A stretch of DNA of 64,000 nt from Acidobacteriota bacterium (GTDB lineage: Bacteria > Acidobacteriota > UBA6911): assembly GCA_963664705.1 (NCBI GenBank), contig OY761556.1:4928001-4992000 (forward strand), given 5' to 3'. Below, piece by piece: positions 10,046 through 20,273 of this stretch. Below the pieces are notes generated by a model that saw only the letters and a program-made list of their open reading frames with translations, had not been told where the DNA came from and searched no databases. The stretch's first letter is position 1, and every line of letters begins with the position of its first letter. Position numbers and translations under genes: made by a program.

Positions 10046-10534
10046 ATGAAAGCTACCGCAAAACAAATGGCATGGATGCAAGCTTTTGGAATAGTGGCAA
10101 TGCTCTGCATAATTTATGTTGCCGGTTGCTCACGCGGGAGGATGAATGAGGCCCCCGCAACCGTGCCGAGCGACGCTCAGACATATGTCATCCGCGGCGA
10201 AGTGATTTCCGTGCCACAAGCGGACAAGCCCGGGACACAGTTCATCGTCAAGCACGAGCCCATCGACAGGTTTCGCGGCGCCGATGGCCAAATCGTTGGT
10301 ATGAGCACCATGGGCATGCCGTTTACGCCCGGTAAAGGGGTGTCTCTGAAGGGAATCCTGCCCGGTGACAAAATCGAGCTGCGGTGGGTTCTGCAGTGGA
10401 GGCCTGAATCAAAGGAATATATTGAGTCCTTGCAAAAGCTGCCGGCAGAGACCCAACTGAGGTTTGGGGAGGCACATCCTCCGGCATTGCCCGTGACGAC
10501 GCCTGCAGGGCATGCCACCGGTGATGGCCATTAG
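10046..10534 (+). CDS. CusF-like Cu(I)/Ag(I)-binding lipoprotein
   Basis: Lipobox VAGC; HEPI...GMSTMGMPF metal motif; PGDKI beta-barrel pattern. Confidence 0.75.
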   Translation: MKATAKQMAWMQAFGIVAMLCIIYVAGCSRGRMNEAPATVPSDAQTYVIRGEVISVPQADKPGTQFIVKHEPIDRFRGADGQIVGMSTMGMPFTPGKGVSLKGILPGDKIELRWVLQWRPESKEYIESLQKLPAETQLRFGEAHPPALPVTTPAGHATGDGH

Positions 10535-10672
10535 CAGCTCCGGCAGTTGCGATGTTTTACATATAATTAAGGAGTCGTTTCTCCTACATTCATGAGTTGG
10601 CAAAAACGGCAGGACTGCTACAATGACTCTCTTTTTGGATGAAGAACGCATTCGATAAAACTCACCCTTTCT

Positions 10673-11626
10673 TTGGAGCGGATTGTGCCTGAAAGAGCCC
10701 GTTTATCGATCTGGAAGAGGACGTCTCCAACACGCAGAGTGATATTGCTATCCATCAGCGCCTCAATTGTAACGATGGCTCTCAAGATTGGAGCTTACGC
10801 GTTCACCGGCTCCGTCAGTTTGCTTTCGGATGCCATGGAATCCAGCGTCAACCTGATCGCGGCTTTAGTAGCCTTCATTGCTTTGACGATTGCTGACCGC
10901 CCGGCCGATCCATCGCATGCTTACGGCCACGATAAAGCGGAGTACTTTTCCAGCGGCGTGGAAGGGGCATTAATCCTGGTTGCGGCGATGCTCATCATCT
11001 ATACTGCGACCCAGAGATTCCTCCATCCAACGCCGCTCACGGATCTGGGCATGGGGTTAGCCATTGCGCTCATTGCGTCCGGCGTAAATTTCGGCGTTTC
11101 CCGATTTATGCTGCGGATGGCCAAACGCTACGACAGTATCTCGTTGGAAGCCGATGCCCAACATTTGATGACGGATGTCTGGACCTCGGTGGGAGTGGTG
11201 GCCGCTCTTGGAGTCGTGTCTTTCACGCCTCCTCAATGGGCTATCCTGGACCCCATTATTGCGGTCATCGTGGGACTGAACATAATTTACACGGGAGTGA
11301 ATCTGATCCGGCGCTCTTTCTCGGGCCTAATGGATAGCAGCCTCGCTGAGGATGAAATCGGACAGGTCAAAGCCGCAATTCATGGAGCCATTGATACGGG
11401 GATATCATTCCACAATCTTCGAACGCGAAAATCCGGATCCAGGCGGTTTGTAGAACTCCACGTTACAGTTCCTGGAAATCTCACAGTTACCGAAGGCCAT
11501 AATTATTGCGAGCGCATTGAGCAGGAAGTTGCAAACCGCCTTCCCAAAACATCCGTTTCCACCCACCTGGAACCGGAGGGAGCCATTGACAGATCTGCGG
11601 AGAAGGCTTCCGTCGTTGGACATTAA
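10673..11626 (+). CDS. Cation diffusion facilitator (FieF-like) transporter
   Basis: SVSLLSDAMES, PADxxHxYGHDKAEY, ADAQHLMTD, HLEP motifs; start approximate. Confidence 0.93.
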   Translation: MERIVPERARLSIWKRTSPTRRVILLSISASIVTMALKIGAYAFTGSVSLLSDAMESSVNLIAALVAFIALTIADRPADPSHAYGHDKAEYFSSGVEGALILVAAMLIIYTATQRFLHPTPLTDLGMGLAIALIASGVNFGVSRFMLRMAKRYDSISLEADAQHLMTDVWTSVGVVAALGVVSFTPPQWAILDPIIAVIVGLNIIYTGVNLIRRSFSGLMDSSLAEDEIGQVKAAIHGAIDTGISFHNLRTRKSGSRRFVELHVTVPGNLTVTEGHNYCERIEQEVANRLPKTSVSTHLEPEGAIDRSAEKASVVGH

Positions 11627-11696
11627 GCCTCTTCCACGGTTGCCTCTCACACAAATCAGTTCCTGAAATGCTATTGGTCTCGCCGATTCACAAATC

Positions 11697-12059
11697 TTAA
11701 CAACTGGATTTCAATTTGGTCAGTTTGCCAATTAGCTCCGTTGAGCATTTGCGGATTTTTGAGCTGTTTTCGACCAGAGCCAGTGCCTCATTCTTCTTGC
11801 CTTTGAGCGCCAGTTCCAAAATGTGTGCTGCTTCTTTATGGAATTCGGCATGAAGGGTTTTGATTTCCGAATACAGGGGAGTGCCTTTTACCTGTGGGGG
11901 AAAGTCGCCATAAAGCCACTTGCCAAAATCACAATTATTATCGGGTCTTACATTCTCGGGACTGAATTGACTGGTCCCTTCATTGATGGCTACACGCAAT
12001 CTGATAAACCAATTGGTATGTGCCGAGATTGCATTGTCAATCTTCTCCGTATTGGACAC
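11697..12059 (-). CDS. Stand-alone CZB (chemoreceptor zinc-binding) domain protein
   Basis: GAGGAG RBS before GTG 12059; AHxxW, CDFGKWLY, HAEFH zinc ligands. Confidence 0.9.
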   Translation of the reverse strand: MSNTEKIDNAISAHTNWFIRLRVAINEGTSQFSPENVRPDNNCDFGKWLYGDFPPQVKGTPLYSEIKTLHAEFHKEAAHILELALKGKKNEALALVENSSKIRKCSTELIGKLTKLKSSC

Positions 12060-12252
12060 GAAATCTCCTCTCTGTTTACAAGTGCCGTGAGTCAAAAGCC
12101 CTTTGCCATTTGGAATCCCTGTTTTAGCGCTTCCGGCGCTTGATCCGTTGGACTCACACTGCCCTAGCTCTATTAGCCAAAGACAACTGACAGGAATCGA
12201 ACGCCGGACAGGATGGAAAGCCCAAAGCCACATCGGTCCTACGGCCCGAAAC

Positions 12253-12328
12253 AAAAAAAGGCGCGGTCACGCCTGATATGCGTGACTGCGCCTTCAACTT
12301 GCAGGCCCTTTGCCTGCCCGCTAAGACA
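12253..12328 (-). ncRNA. Conserved cis-regulatory leader RNA (riboswitch candidate) with intrinsic terminator, copy 2
   Basis: Minus strand TGTCTTAGCGG-GCAGGCAAAGGGCCTGC-AAGTTGAAGGCGCAGTCACGC-ATATCAG-GCGTGACCGCGCCTTTTTTT upstream of the CZB gene. Confidence 0.75.
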
Positions 12329-12355
12329 TAGACTTGTTACAACATGTCCACTACT

Positions 12356-12363
12356 TTATCGGG
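12356..12363 (-). promoter_or_regulatory. Possible sigma28 -10 element upstream of the CZB leader
   Basis: CCCGATAA on minus strand 27 nt before leader copy 2. Confidence 0.35.
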
Positions 12364-12394
12364 AGGCTTGATAGACTAGGTAAATAGTATTTTT

Positions 12395-15202
12395 TCATTT
12401 TCTTTCTGGTTGCAGCCTCGCCGATCGCTCCTTCCATAAGACCAAAAGTGAGCCTGCCACAAATACCGAAGAATATGTGCCGACAACGATACCGGTCAGC
12501 AGGGCAAAGGCAATTCCGTTGAGGACCTCGCCTCCGAGAAAATAGAGAGCCAGGCACGCCAGCAATGTCGGTCCGGCGGTAAGCAGGGTTCGGCTCAACG
12601 TTTGATTGACCGAATCATTCACCAGTTTCAGGAACGAACCTGAGAATCGTCCGGATTGAAGGTTTTCGCGCACACGATCGAACACCACAATCGTGTCATT
12701 CGTCGAATATCCGATAAGCGTCAGCAATGCCGCTACAATGCTCAGGTCAACCTCGCGGCCGGTAAAAGCAAACAGCCCCAGCGTGATAATCACATCATGA
12801 ATCGTGGCCAGGATGGCTGCGACGCCCGAAAGCCATTTGAAGCGAAATGCAATGTAGAGCAGCATGCCTCCCAGGGCTCCCAGGGTCGCCATGGCGGCTC
12901 GCGTTTTCATCTGCTCGCTGGCGCGCGGGCTGACTGCTTCCGCCGAAAGGACGCGGAACTGGCCCGTTCCGCATTCATTTTTGAGAACCCCTAAAAGGTC
13001 AGGACTGATCTGCACAACCGAGGCCAGCGAATCGATTGAGTTGAGATATCCCCCGCTCTGCCTCTCCCTGAAATCCACTATGCTCGTTGCCAGCTCTCGA
13101 ATTTGAGCATCATTTAACGCAATTCCATGAGCAGGGAATGCCTTTTTGAGATGCTCGAAGAGTTCTGAGGGACTGGCCAGATTCAGATCCAGCTTGCCGT
13201 CGCCCTCACCATAGTGCTCGCTGAGAACCTGCTTTATTCGTTCACGCGCGGCAGACAAACCATCCCCTCCGGACAACTCTGTACTGATAATGAATTGAGA
13301 GAAGCCATGTTCTCGATGAGCAGCGCTCAGTTTTCCGGCTTCCTGCACAGACACTTCGCCTTTCAGCTTTGTGGAAAGGGCTTTCCGCACATCTTCGATC
13401 TGCTGCGCTCCTGCAATTTCGACTTTGACGACGGTTCCTCCGCGGAAATCAATGCCCGGTTTCAGGCCGATTCCAACGAGGCCGAGCAGGCTTGCCAGGA
13501 TGGCCGCAACGGAGATTCCAATGGCAAGATATCGCCATTTCATGAAATCGATGGATCTATTGAACAAATGGGTCGTTGGCAATCCGATGCTCAAATGCTT
13601 CGCATTGGGCCGGCGCCATGTCTGAATTTCAAAAATGGCGCGCGAAACAAAAACTGCAGTAAACAGGTTTGCGATCAATCCCAGCACAAGCGTCACGGCA
13701 AAACCTTTGACCGGCCCGGTTCCAAAAACGAACAGGAATGCGCTGGCGGCTACTGTTGTGACATGGGTGTCAATAATGGTGAGCAAAGCTCGTTTGAATC
13801 CGCTGGAAACAGCGCTGGCAACCAGTCGCCCGGATCGCAATTCTTCCTTGATACGCTCGAAAATGAGAACATTGGAATCCACGGCCATTCCGATCGACAA
13901 AACCAATCCGGCAAGGCCTGGCAGCGTCCATGTCCAATTCAGCCAGCTGAGAGCGGCAATTGTCAGGATTGCGTTCAAAACCAATGCGGCGACTGCATTC
14001 AAACCGGCCCCCCGGTAATAGCCAATCATGGAAGCGATCACGAGCATTAGTCCTACCGCGGCGGCGACAAGTCCGCGATGAATTGAATCGGACCCCAGAG
14101 AAGGCCCGACCGTGCTCTCCGCCATTGTCTTGATCCCGGCAGGAAGAGACCCCGCCTTGAGATTCAGTGCCAGATCAGCGGCATCCTGAAACGACCTGGC
14201 GCCGGTGATCCTGCCTTGATCGGATATGGCGGCATCGATACGCGGGACACTTAGAACCGCATTGTCGAGAACAATCGCGAGATGGTTCCCGATATTGGAT
14301 CGAGTGAATTTCTCAAAGCGTTCGGCCGCGGCCGGTTGCAGCATAAAGCCGGTATCCCAGCGTCCCGGGAGTTCGCCCGCTTCTGCGCGTGCATCTCTCA
14401 GGTCGATTCCCGCGATAACGGGCGAGCTGGAAATTAGCCACCAGGTCTTTCCATTGTCAGAAGGAGAGAGCCCGGGAACCATCCTGGCGCCTGCCGGTAA
14501 CGAACCGTTATGCGAACTGATTGCCTCCTCCTGGGAAGCATAGGGCCCACCGATCAGGGGAGACAATTCAAGCTGTGCCTGCGTGCGAATGATCTCCTTC
14601 ACCCGCGCGGGATCATCGACTCCCGGCAGCTGCACCAGGATTTCGGCACTGTCACGGCCTCCGCGCTGTTGCACGACAGTTTCAGCTAAGCCCAGGCTGT
14701 CGATCTTCCTCTGAATCGTGTGCATGCATTGCGTTACCGTATCCTGGCGCAGCCTTCGCGCCCTCTCTTGTCGGATTCCGAGGCGCAGGTCTCCTCCCTC
14801 CTCACCCATCAATTTCCATATCTGTCCCAGCGTCTCTTCCGCAATCCGGCGCATTTCGGTCGCCCGATTGGCCGGGATTCTCCGGACAATGATTTGTATT
14901 TGCTCGGCACTTTCTGCGGAATCTGGATCGCTTCTCTCAAGGATTGTGTCTTGAATCCCGGCCTTCCCCAATGCTTCACGAAGTCGTTCCAACCCCCGGT
15001 CTGCCTCGCTTTTGAAAGCATCCTGTACCTGGATCTGCATCTCCAGATAGGTGCCTCCCTTTAGATCCAAGCCCAGTCGGATACTCTTGTTCCAGTTTTC
15101 TCTCAACTCCTGTTGAGATTTGGGAAACTGGACGAGGCCTGCGATGCAGGCAAAAAGTACAAACGCTATCAAAACCCATTTCCACCGTAATCTGCTCGGC
15201 AT
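12395..15202 (-). CDS. secDF: Fused protein translocase subunit SecDF
   Basis: AGGAG RBS before ATG 15202; LGLDLKGG, VGPSLG, GMAVDSNVLIFERI (SecD) and GIDFRGG, GYSTNDTIVVFDRVRE (SecF). Confidence 0.96.
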   Translation of the reverse strand: MPSRLRWKWVLIAFVLFACIAGLVQFPKSQQELRENWNKSIRLGLDLKGGTYLEMQIQVQDAFKSEADRGLERLREALGKAGIQDTILERSDPDSAESAEQIQIIVRRIPANRATEMRRIAEETLGQIWKLMGEEGGDLRLGIRQERARRLRQDTVTQCMHTIQRKIDSLGLAETVVQQRGGRDSAEILVQLPGVDDPARVKEIIRTQAQLELSPLIGGPYASQEEAISSHNGSLPAGARMVPGLSPSDNGKTWWLISSSPVIAGIDLRDARAEAGELPGRWDTGFMLQPAAAERFEKFTRSNIGNHLAIVLDNAVLSVPRIDAAISDQGRITGARSFQDAADLALNLKAGSLPAGIKTMAESTVGPSLGSDSIHRGLVAAAVGLMLVIASMIGYYRGAGLNAVAALVLNAILTIAALSWLNWTWTLPGLAGLVLSIGMAVDSNVLIFERIKEELRSGRLVASAVSSGFKRALLTIIDTHVTTVAASAFLFVFGTGPVKGFAVTLVLGLIANLFTAVFVSRAIFEIQTWRRPNAKHLSIGLPTTHLFNRSIDFMKWRYLAIGISVAAILASLLGLVGIGLKPGIDFRGGTVVKVEIAGAQQIEDVRKALSTKLKGEVSVQEAGKLSAAHREHGFSQFIISTELSGGDGLSAARERIKQVLSEHYGEGDGKLDLNLASPSELFEHLKKAFPAHGIALNDAQIRELATSIVDFRERQSGGYLNSIDSLASVVQISPDLLGVLKNECGTGQFRVLSAEAVSPRASEQMKTRAAMATLGALGGMLLYIAFRFKWLSGVAAILATIHDVIITLGLFAFTGREVDLSIVAALLTLIGYSTNDTIVVFDRVRENLQSGRFSGSFLKLVNDSVNQTLSRTLLTAGPTLLACLALYFLGGEVLNGIAFALLTGIVVGTYSSVFVAGSLLVLWKERSARLQPERK

Positions 15203-15370
15203 AGTATTTCTCCTGAAGGTACCCGATGCCGGCGAAAGAACTATCGCGGGCATGGATACATGCTCCGGCGGCAGGAGACACCTACCAGCACAGCATTGTC
15301 TGCAAGGCCGGTGCAGGCGTACTCCCGACGCAGATATTAAAAAAAAATCGAAATTGTTGGGGTAAACAAA

Positions 15371-15733
15371 TCAGCTCAGGAGGAAAACCGGAGGAGCGCG
15401 CAGCCGCAAGTGAAACCCGATTCCCCGGGCGGAAATCGAATGAACACTCGCGATGCATTTTCCATAACCGCCCAGAAGATTCGGAGGTATGGACTGAGGA
15501 ATAATGCCCTGTGCAGATGATTGACTGGATCGCGATGTGTTTGAAGCAGCCGGATCCGCATTCTGAATTACTAGTCTCTGTCCGGTATCACCAAGCGCAG
15601 TCTCTCGATGGCTTACCGGTCCAAAGCCTGCAGCATCCGAACCCATGGCCGGAGCAGGTGAAAACGCAGCGGCCGATGCAAGAAGAAAGAGAGCTAACAA
15701 TCCGAGGGTAGCAAGGACTCGATAGCGCTTCAA
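15371..15733 (-). CDS. Secreted upstream ORF ending in RAPP, candidate translation arrest peptide for secDF
   Basis: GGAGG RBS before TTG 15733; Sec signal peptide MKRYRVLATLGLLALFLLASAAA; C-terminus HLRLRAPPVFLLS; 168 nt upstream of secDF. Confidence 0.8.
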   Translation of the reverse strand: MKRYRVLATLGLLALFLLASAAAFSPAPAMGSDAAGFGPVSHRETALGDTGQRLVIQNADPAASNTSRSSQSSAQGIIPQSIPPNLLGGYGKCIASVHSISARGIGFHLRLRAPPVFLLS

Positions 15734-15997
15734 ACCGGTGCCTCCAAATTTCGCGTCCAATGCCGCAAATAACTGGCAGCCTGCAATCATACCTTTATAA
15801 GACTGTTGGCAGCGGTTGACACAAAAAAAATGGAGGAAGGCTTACAAAAATTACCTTTCATTAACATAATGCAGAAAAGCGGCATACAGGAACCATGCAG
15901 CCGTTGTACCTGCCTCGAAGATCCTGTCATCGATCGGATGGATGGCGCGGGATGCGGGCTTCGCATACTTCGAGGTCATAGGTAGCCACGCAGATTT

Positions 15998-17239
15998 TTA
16001 TCCGACAAAATGCCTCGGAATGCGGCATCTTGTTTTTGTATAGATCCATAGCACCAGGCCCGCCAATCCCAGAGTAAACATCATGGCACCAAGAACCATA
16101 ATGCGGTCGACCCATTCGTGAGACACAATCAACATTCCTATGCTGCCGGTTAATACGAAAGTCGCCTGAATCAGTGAAGATGCGGATCCGGTATCCGAAT
16201 CGTGCTGTTCCAGCAGCAGGCTGCTCGAAGGGGGTCGGCTGATGCTTACACATATGTATGCGAAGGCGATCGAGACGGCAAACAGCACCGGTCCGGTTCG
16301 TCCGATCGTAAGCAGCATGAGCCCGCTAAGGATTGCGCCGAAATAGCAAACAGTGATGATGGGCAGCGGTTTGAAGAACCTCTGCAGGAACAGATAGATG
16401 GGTCCGCCCACCACGAACATCATGGCAATTGAGCCAAAGTAGATTCCGAAGGCATCCTCGCTGACGCCGAAATGCTTGATGAAAATAAAGGAAGAAACGC
16501 TGATAAATCCCATAATAGGCATTGAGATTACCGAAAAAACCGCCAGCAGCCTTGAAAAATTCCGATTTTTCAACACAAACACGAGCCTTCGAGCGGTCTG
16601 AAGCATGTTCAGGTTGGAACGCTCGGCGCTGGTTTCTTTTAAAAACAGCGCAAAAACACATATGAGCATGCCAATTAAAGTAAACGCTACGAAAATGCCC
16701 CGCCAGGATGTCAGTTTTAGAATTTGCGCGCCGATCGAGGGCGCGATAACAGGAATTACACCGTTCAGTACGGACACCCAGGCGAGCGTGCCCTCTCTTC
16801 TTCTTCCCGGAAAAACATCCTTAATAATTGCCAGATTCACAGCCATTGCGGCCCCGGCTCCAACCGCCTGGAAAACTCTGGCTGCAATCAACTGGAAGAT
16901 ATTGCCGCTGAAAACACAAAAGGCGCTGGACACAGTATAGAGGATCACGCCGGTCAGCATAATGGGCCGGCGCCCGTATTTGTCCGACAGCGGCCCCCAA
17001 AAAATGGAGCTAAGGCTGAGGCAAATGAAAAAAACGATCAAGGAAAGGTTCACCAGCGGCTCGGAACACTTCAGCTGTTCGCTCATGGTGGGGAGCGCCG
17101 GCAAATAGAGATCGGTCGACAATGGGGGAAAGGAGGCGGTCGCCGCTACCAGAACCATGATCATTCCGTCGGAAAGCTGTTTCGGATGTCTGCGATTTGT
17201 TTCCCGGATCGCCGGTTCGCTATTGTCCATCATGTACAC
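15998..17239 (-). CDS. MFS multidrug efflux transporter, Bcr/CflA family
   Basis: PLSTDLYLPALP, GPLSDKYGRRP motifs; about 12 TM helices. Confidence 0.92.
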   Translation of the reverse strand: MYMMDNSEPAIRETNRRHPKQLSDGMIMVLVAATASFPPLSTDLYLPALPTMSEQLKCSEPLVNLSLIVFFICLSLSSIFWGPLSDKYGRRPIMLTGVILYTVSSAFCVFSGNIFQLIAARVFQAVGAGAAMAVNLAIIKDVFPGRRREGTLAWVSVLNGVIPVIAPSIGAQILKLTSWRGIFVAFTLIGMLICVFALFLKETSAERSNLNMLQTARRLVFVLKNRNFSRLLAVFSVISMPIMGFISVSSFIFIKHFGVSEDAFGIYFGSIAMMFVVGGPIYLFLQRFFKPLPIITVCYFGAILSGLMLLTIGRTGPVLFAVSIAFAYICVSISRPPSSSLLLEQHDSDTGSASSLIQATFVLTGSIGMLIVSHEWVDRIMVLGAMMFTLGLAGLVLWIYTKTRCRIPRHFVG

Positions 17240-17441
17240 TCCATTACAAGCCTTGAGAATGCGGTCACACTCTGAGCCAGCCCTTGGGAGGGCAAGATCC
17301 CCCTAAATGAGGCTTTTGCGCAACCCCTTATAATACAGACCTTAGCTTAATGGTATTTACATTTTCGCCAAGGGCTTGTGAAATCACCCAAAACCGCCGA
17401 TGATGAGAAACCTGATTGACAATTCTCATGGAAGGAAAGCA

Positions 17442-18032
17442 ATGAATTCGAGACTCCAAGCACAACTGGAATTTCTCTTCGAAATCGACCAACTGAAGCA
17501 CATCTTCAGACGAACCAAGCTTCTGAATGGATCAAGGTATGAAAACGATGCGGAACATGCCTGGCACCTCGCAATGATGGCCATGGTACTCGTCGAATAT
17601 TCCAATGAACCGGTCGAGATATTGAAAGTGTTAAAAATGGTCCTGATCCATGACCTTGTTGAAATCGATGCCGGCGATACATTCTTATATGATGAAAAAG
17701 GTTCAAGTCTGAAGGAGGAGGCCGAGAACAGGGCTGCGGCAAGATTGTACGGTTTGCTGCCTGAAGACCAGGGCAGAGAATTCATCGATCTCTGGCGGGA
17801 ATTTGAAAAGAAGGAAACCTCGGAGGCAAAATTTGCCGCAGCGCTTGACAGACTTGAGCCGATTATTCAGAACGTGAAAACTGAAGGACATGCCTGGGTG
17901 AAACACGGAATCACAAAGAACCAGGTGATACAAAAAAATCAGCCACCTCTTATGGGAGGCTCACGGGAATTGTGGGACTACGCCGGGAAGATGATTGCGG
18001 AATGCGCGGACAAGGGCTATTTCAAAGACTGA
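17442..18032 (+). CDS. HD-domain phosphohydrolase (HD_3 / YGK1-like 5'-deoxynucleotidase)
   Basis: ENDAEHAW, IHDLVEIDAGD, EAKFAAALDR motifs. Confidence 0.9.
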   Translation: MNSRLQAQLEFLFEIDQLKHIFRRTKLLNGSRYENDAEHAWHLAMMAMVLVEYSNEPVEILKVLKMVLIHDLVEIDAGDTFLYDEKGSSLKEEAENRAAARLYGLLPEDQGREFIDLWREFEKKETSEAKFAAALDRLEPIIQNVKTEGHAWVKHGITKNQVIQKNQPPLMGGSRELWDYAGKMIAECADKGYFKD

Positions 18033-18354
18033 TTCCGGCAGAAAACTGAACCCTCCCCAGGTATTTCAATACCCTGCGGCGAACACATTGCGCAGTTCTC
18101 CGCTCTTAAGAAAACCTTTCGTGAAATAAATCCACGCTTCGTGAAACATCCTGGATGAGCAGATCAACGTTCGCCTGCTCACGAAACGCAGCCGCGATGT
18201 CAAATCCCAGGGGAACCGAACCGAATTGTTTTTTTCGTCGGTCCAGCCTGAGTTGAGGGATTTTGAGCGCGATTGACGGAGTCCTGCGTTTACGCCATGA
18301 CAGCCATGCCTATTGACAGGCTGAGCTAATCCAAAATGCAAGGGAGGAAAACAA

Positions 18355-19143
18355 GTGAAGGCTGCCCAAATTTCAAACAAACCGATGAACAAAACCGCTC
18401 ATTCAATTATTGTCGATCTCCGGATTCCCGGTCGGTGGTCGCATCCAGAGGACCTGATCAAGTGCCTGCCCCCCGGCTACAAGGTGATGCAGAAAGCGCT
18501 GATCCTGCCGGACGGTGCGAAGGTCGACCTGGGCTTCTTTCCGGCCGATGCAGTGTTCCCCGGAATCTTCCGTTCCACATGCCGGCAGCCGCCGACCGAC
18601 ACAGAACTGGCCACGGTAGAAAGCTACACGGTCAACGTAACGATCAGCGGCGCCGGAGGATCCATGGAATCAGCCCGGACAATCATGCAGGCTGCAGCAG
18701 GGGTGGTGCGGGCCGGCGGAGCGGGTGTATTCATTGATAACAGCGCGCTGGCTCACGGCGGGGAACTCTGGCTCGAAATGACCGAAGACGGCGGCATAGA
18801 CGCCCTGAGTTTCGCGTTTGTCGGCATCGTCCGAGCCAAAGCCGACGTATGGACGGTTGGGATGCATGTATTGGGGCTGCGGGACATCGTGTTGAAGCGG
18901 GCAGATTTTGATAAGGGCTTTGATATCGTGGAGCTGATTCGCTATATGGTCCGCGGTGACAGGCCGGTAGAAAACGGCCATATCCTGGCGGACGCAAATG
19001 GCCCCTGGTTCACCTGTAATGTGGAGGACGGAGATTCAAGGATGATCGCTATTCCCATGCTCAATCCCTTTGGCCGCCTCCGTCTGTCAAAATTGCCGCA
19101 TAAGGCGGGCAGGAACCAGGAGGCACGCTGTGTGATCCACTAA
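18355..19143 (+). CDS. Hypothetical protein, possibly DUF4261-like C-terminus
   Basis: 262-aa ORF; WTVGMHVLGLRD...VENGHIL resembles DUF4261; start uncertain. Confidence 0.6.
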   Translation: MKAAQISNKPMNKTAHSIIVDLRIPGRWSHPEDLIKCLPPGYKVMQKALILPDGAKVDLGFFPADAVFPGIFRSTCRQPPTDTELATVESYTVNVTISGAGGSMESARTIMQAAAGVVRAGGAGVFIDNSALAHGGELWLEMTEDGGIDALSFAFVGIVRAKADVWTVGMHVLGLRDIVLKRADFDKGFDIVELIRYMVRGDRPVENGHILADANGPWFTCNVEDGDSRMIAIPMLNPFGRLRLSKLPHKAGRNQEARCVIH

Positions 19144-19273
19144 TGAGGAACAGGTGACCAAACTGTTGCGCCGGGCATATCCCAAATGTGCTATAAGGGT
19201 CCGAGTATTTTAAGGCTTTGGAATCAACTATGCCTTCGATTATGCCGGGCTCCGGGACCGTAGAGGTATTGCT

Positions 19274-20245
19274 ATGAAAGCACCAAAAAATGGGAATCGG
19301 GAAGATATGCTAGCGCTACTGCGCATGATGATCCGGATCCGTACTTTTGAGGAGACAGCGGCCCGGCTCTTTCTGGATGGCAAGCTGATCGGCTTTCTCC
19401 ATCTGTACAGCGGGGAGGAAGCGATCGCCACCGGAGTCTGTGCCTGCCTGCGGGAGGACGATTGCATCACCAGCACTCACCGTGGGCATGGTCACTGCAT
19501 TGCCAAGGGCGCGGATGTCAATCGAATGATGGCGGAGCTGCATGGCAGGGTGACAGGATATTGCAAGGGCAAGGGTGGCTCCATGCACATTGCCGACATC
19601 TCAAAAGGAATTATCGGCGCCAACGGAATTGTGGGAGCAGGCATCCCCATTGCCGTGGGCACGGCCTATGCTCAGAAATATAGAAACCAGAATGCCGTTT
19701 CTGTCGCTTTTTTTGGCGATGGAGCCACAAACCGCGGGACCTTCCATGAGTCGCTGAATATGGCTGCAGCGTTGAATTTGCCGGTTGTCTTCGTGTGTGA
19801 GAACAACCAGTTCGGCATGTCCACACCCTTTGCCTATCATTCCAAGAACAAAACCATTTCGCAGCGCGCTGCCGCCTATGACATGCCGGGAGTACAGGTG
19901 GATGGCAACGACCCGGTAGCAGTGCGCGAAGCCGCAGCTCCTGCGGTTGCCCGGGCCCGCGAAGGCGGGGGCCCAACCCTGATCGAGTGCCTGACCTGGC
20001 GACATTACGGACACTTTGTGGGCGATTCAGCTCCGTACAAAAAACCAGAGGATGAAAAGGAATGGCGTGCCAAAGACCCGATTCCCATTTTTGAGAAGCG
20101 CCTGTTGGAAAATTGCATTGCGGACGCTTCTGAAATCAAAAGGATTTGGGCTGAAGCCGAAGAGGAAATTCGAGCGGCGGTGAAATTTGCCGAAGAGAGT
20201 CCCTTTCCCAAGGTTGAAGTAATGTACGAAGACCTGGTCTTTTGA
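19274..20245 (+). CDS. TPP-dependent 2-oxoacid/acetoin dehydrogenase E1 alpha subunit
   Basis: GFLHLYSGEEA, STHRGHGH, GKGGSMH, GDGA...CENN TPP motif. Confidence 0.95.
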   Translation: MKAPKNGNREDMLALLRMMIRIRTFEETAARLFLDGKLIGFLHLYSGEEAIATGVCACLREDDCITSTHRGHGHCIAKGADVNRMMAELHGRVTGYCKGKGGSMHIADISKGIIGANGIVGAGIPIAVGTAYAQKYRNQNAVSVAFFGDGATNRGTFHESLNMAAALNLPVVFVCENNQFGMSTPFAYHSKNKTISQRAAAYDMPGVQVDGNDPVAVREAAAPAVARAREGGGPTLIECLTWRHYGHFVGDSAPYKKPEDEKEWRAKDPIPIFEKRLLENCIADASEIKRIWAEAEEEIRAAVKFAEESPFPKVEVMYEDLVF

Positions 20246-20273
20246 TCCGCTGAACACAGGAAGGAGCTACATA

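Noticed and set aside
12060-12254. N-terminal extension of the CZB ORF
   Set aside because: Strong RBS before GTG 12059, where the domain begins
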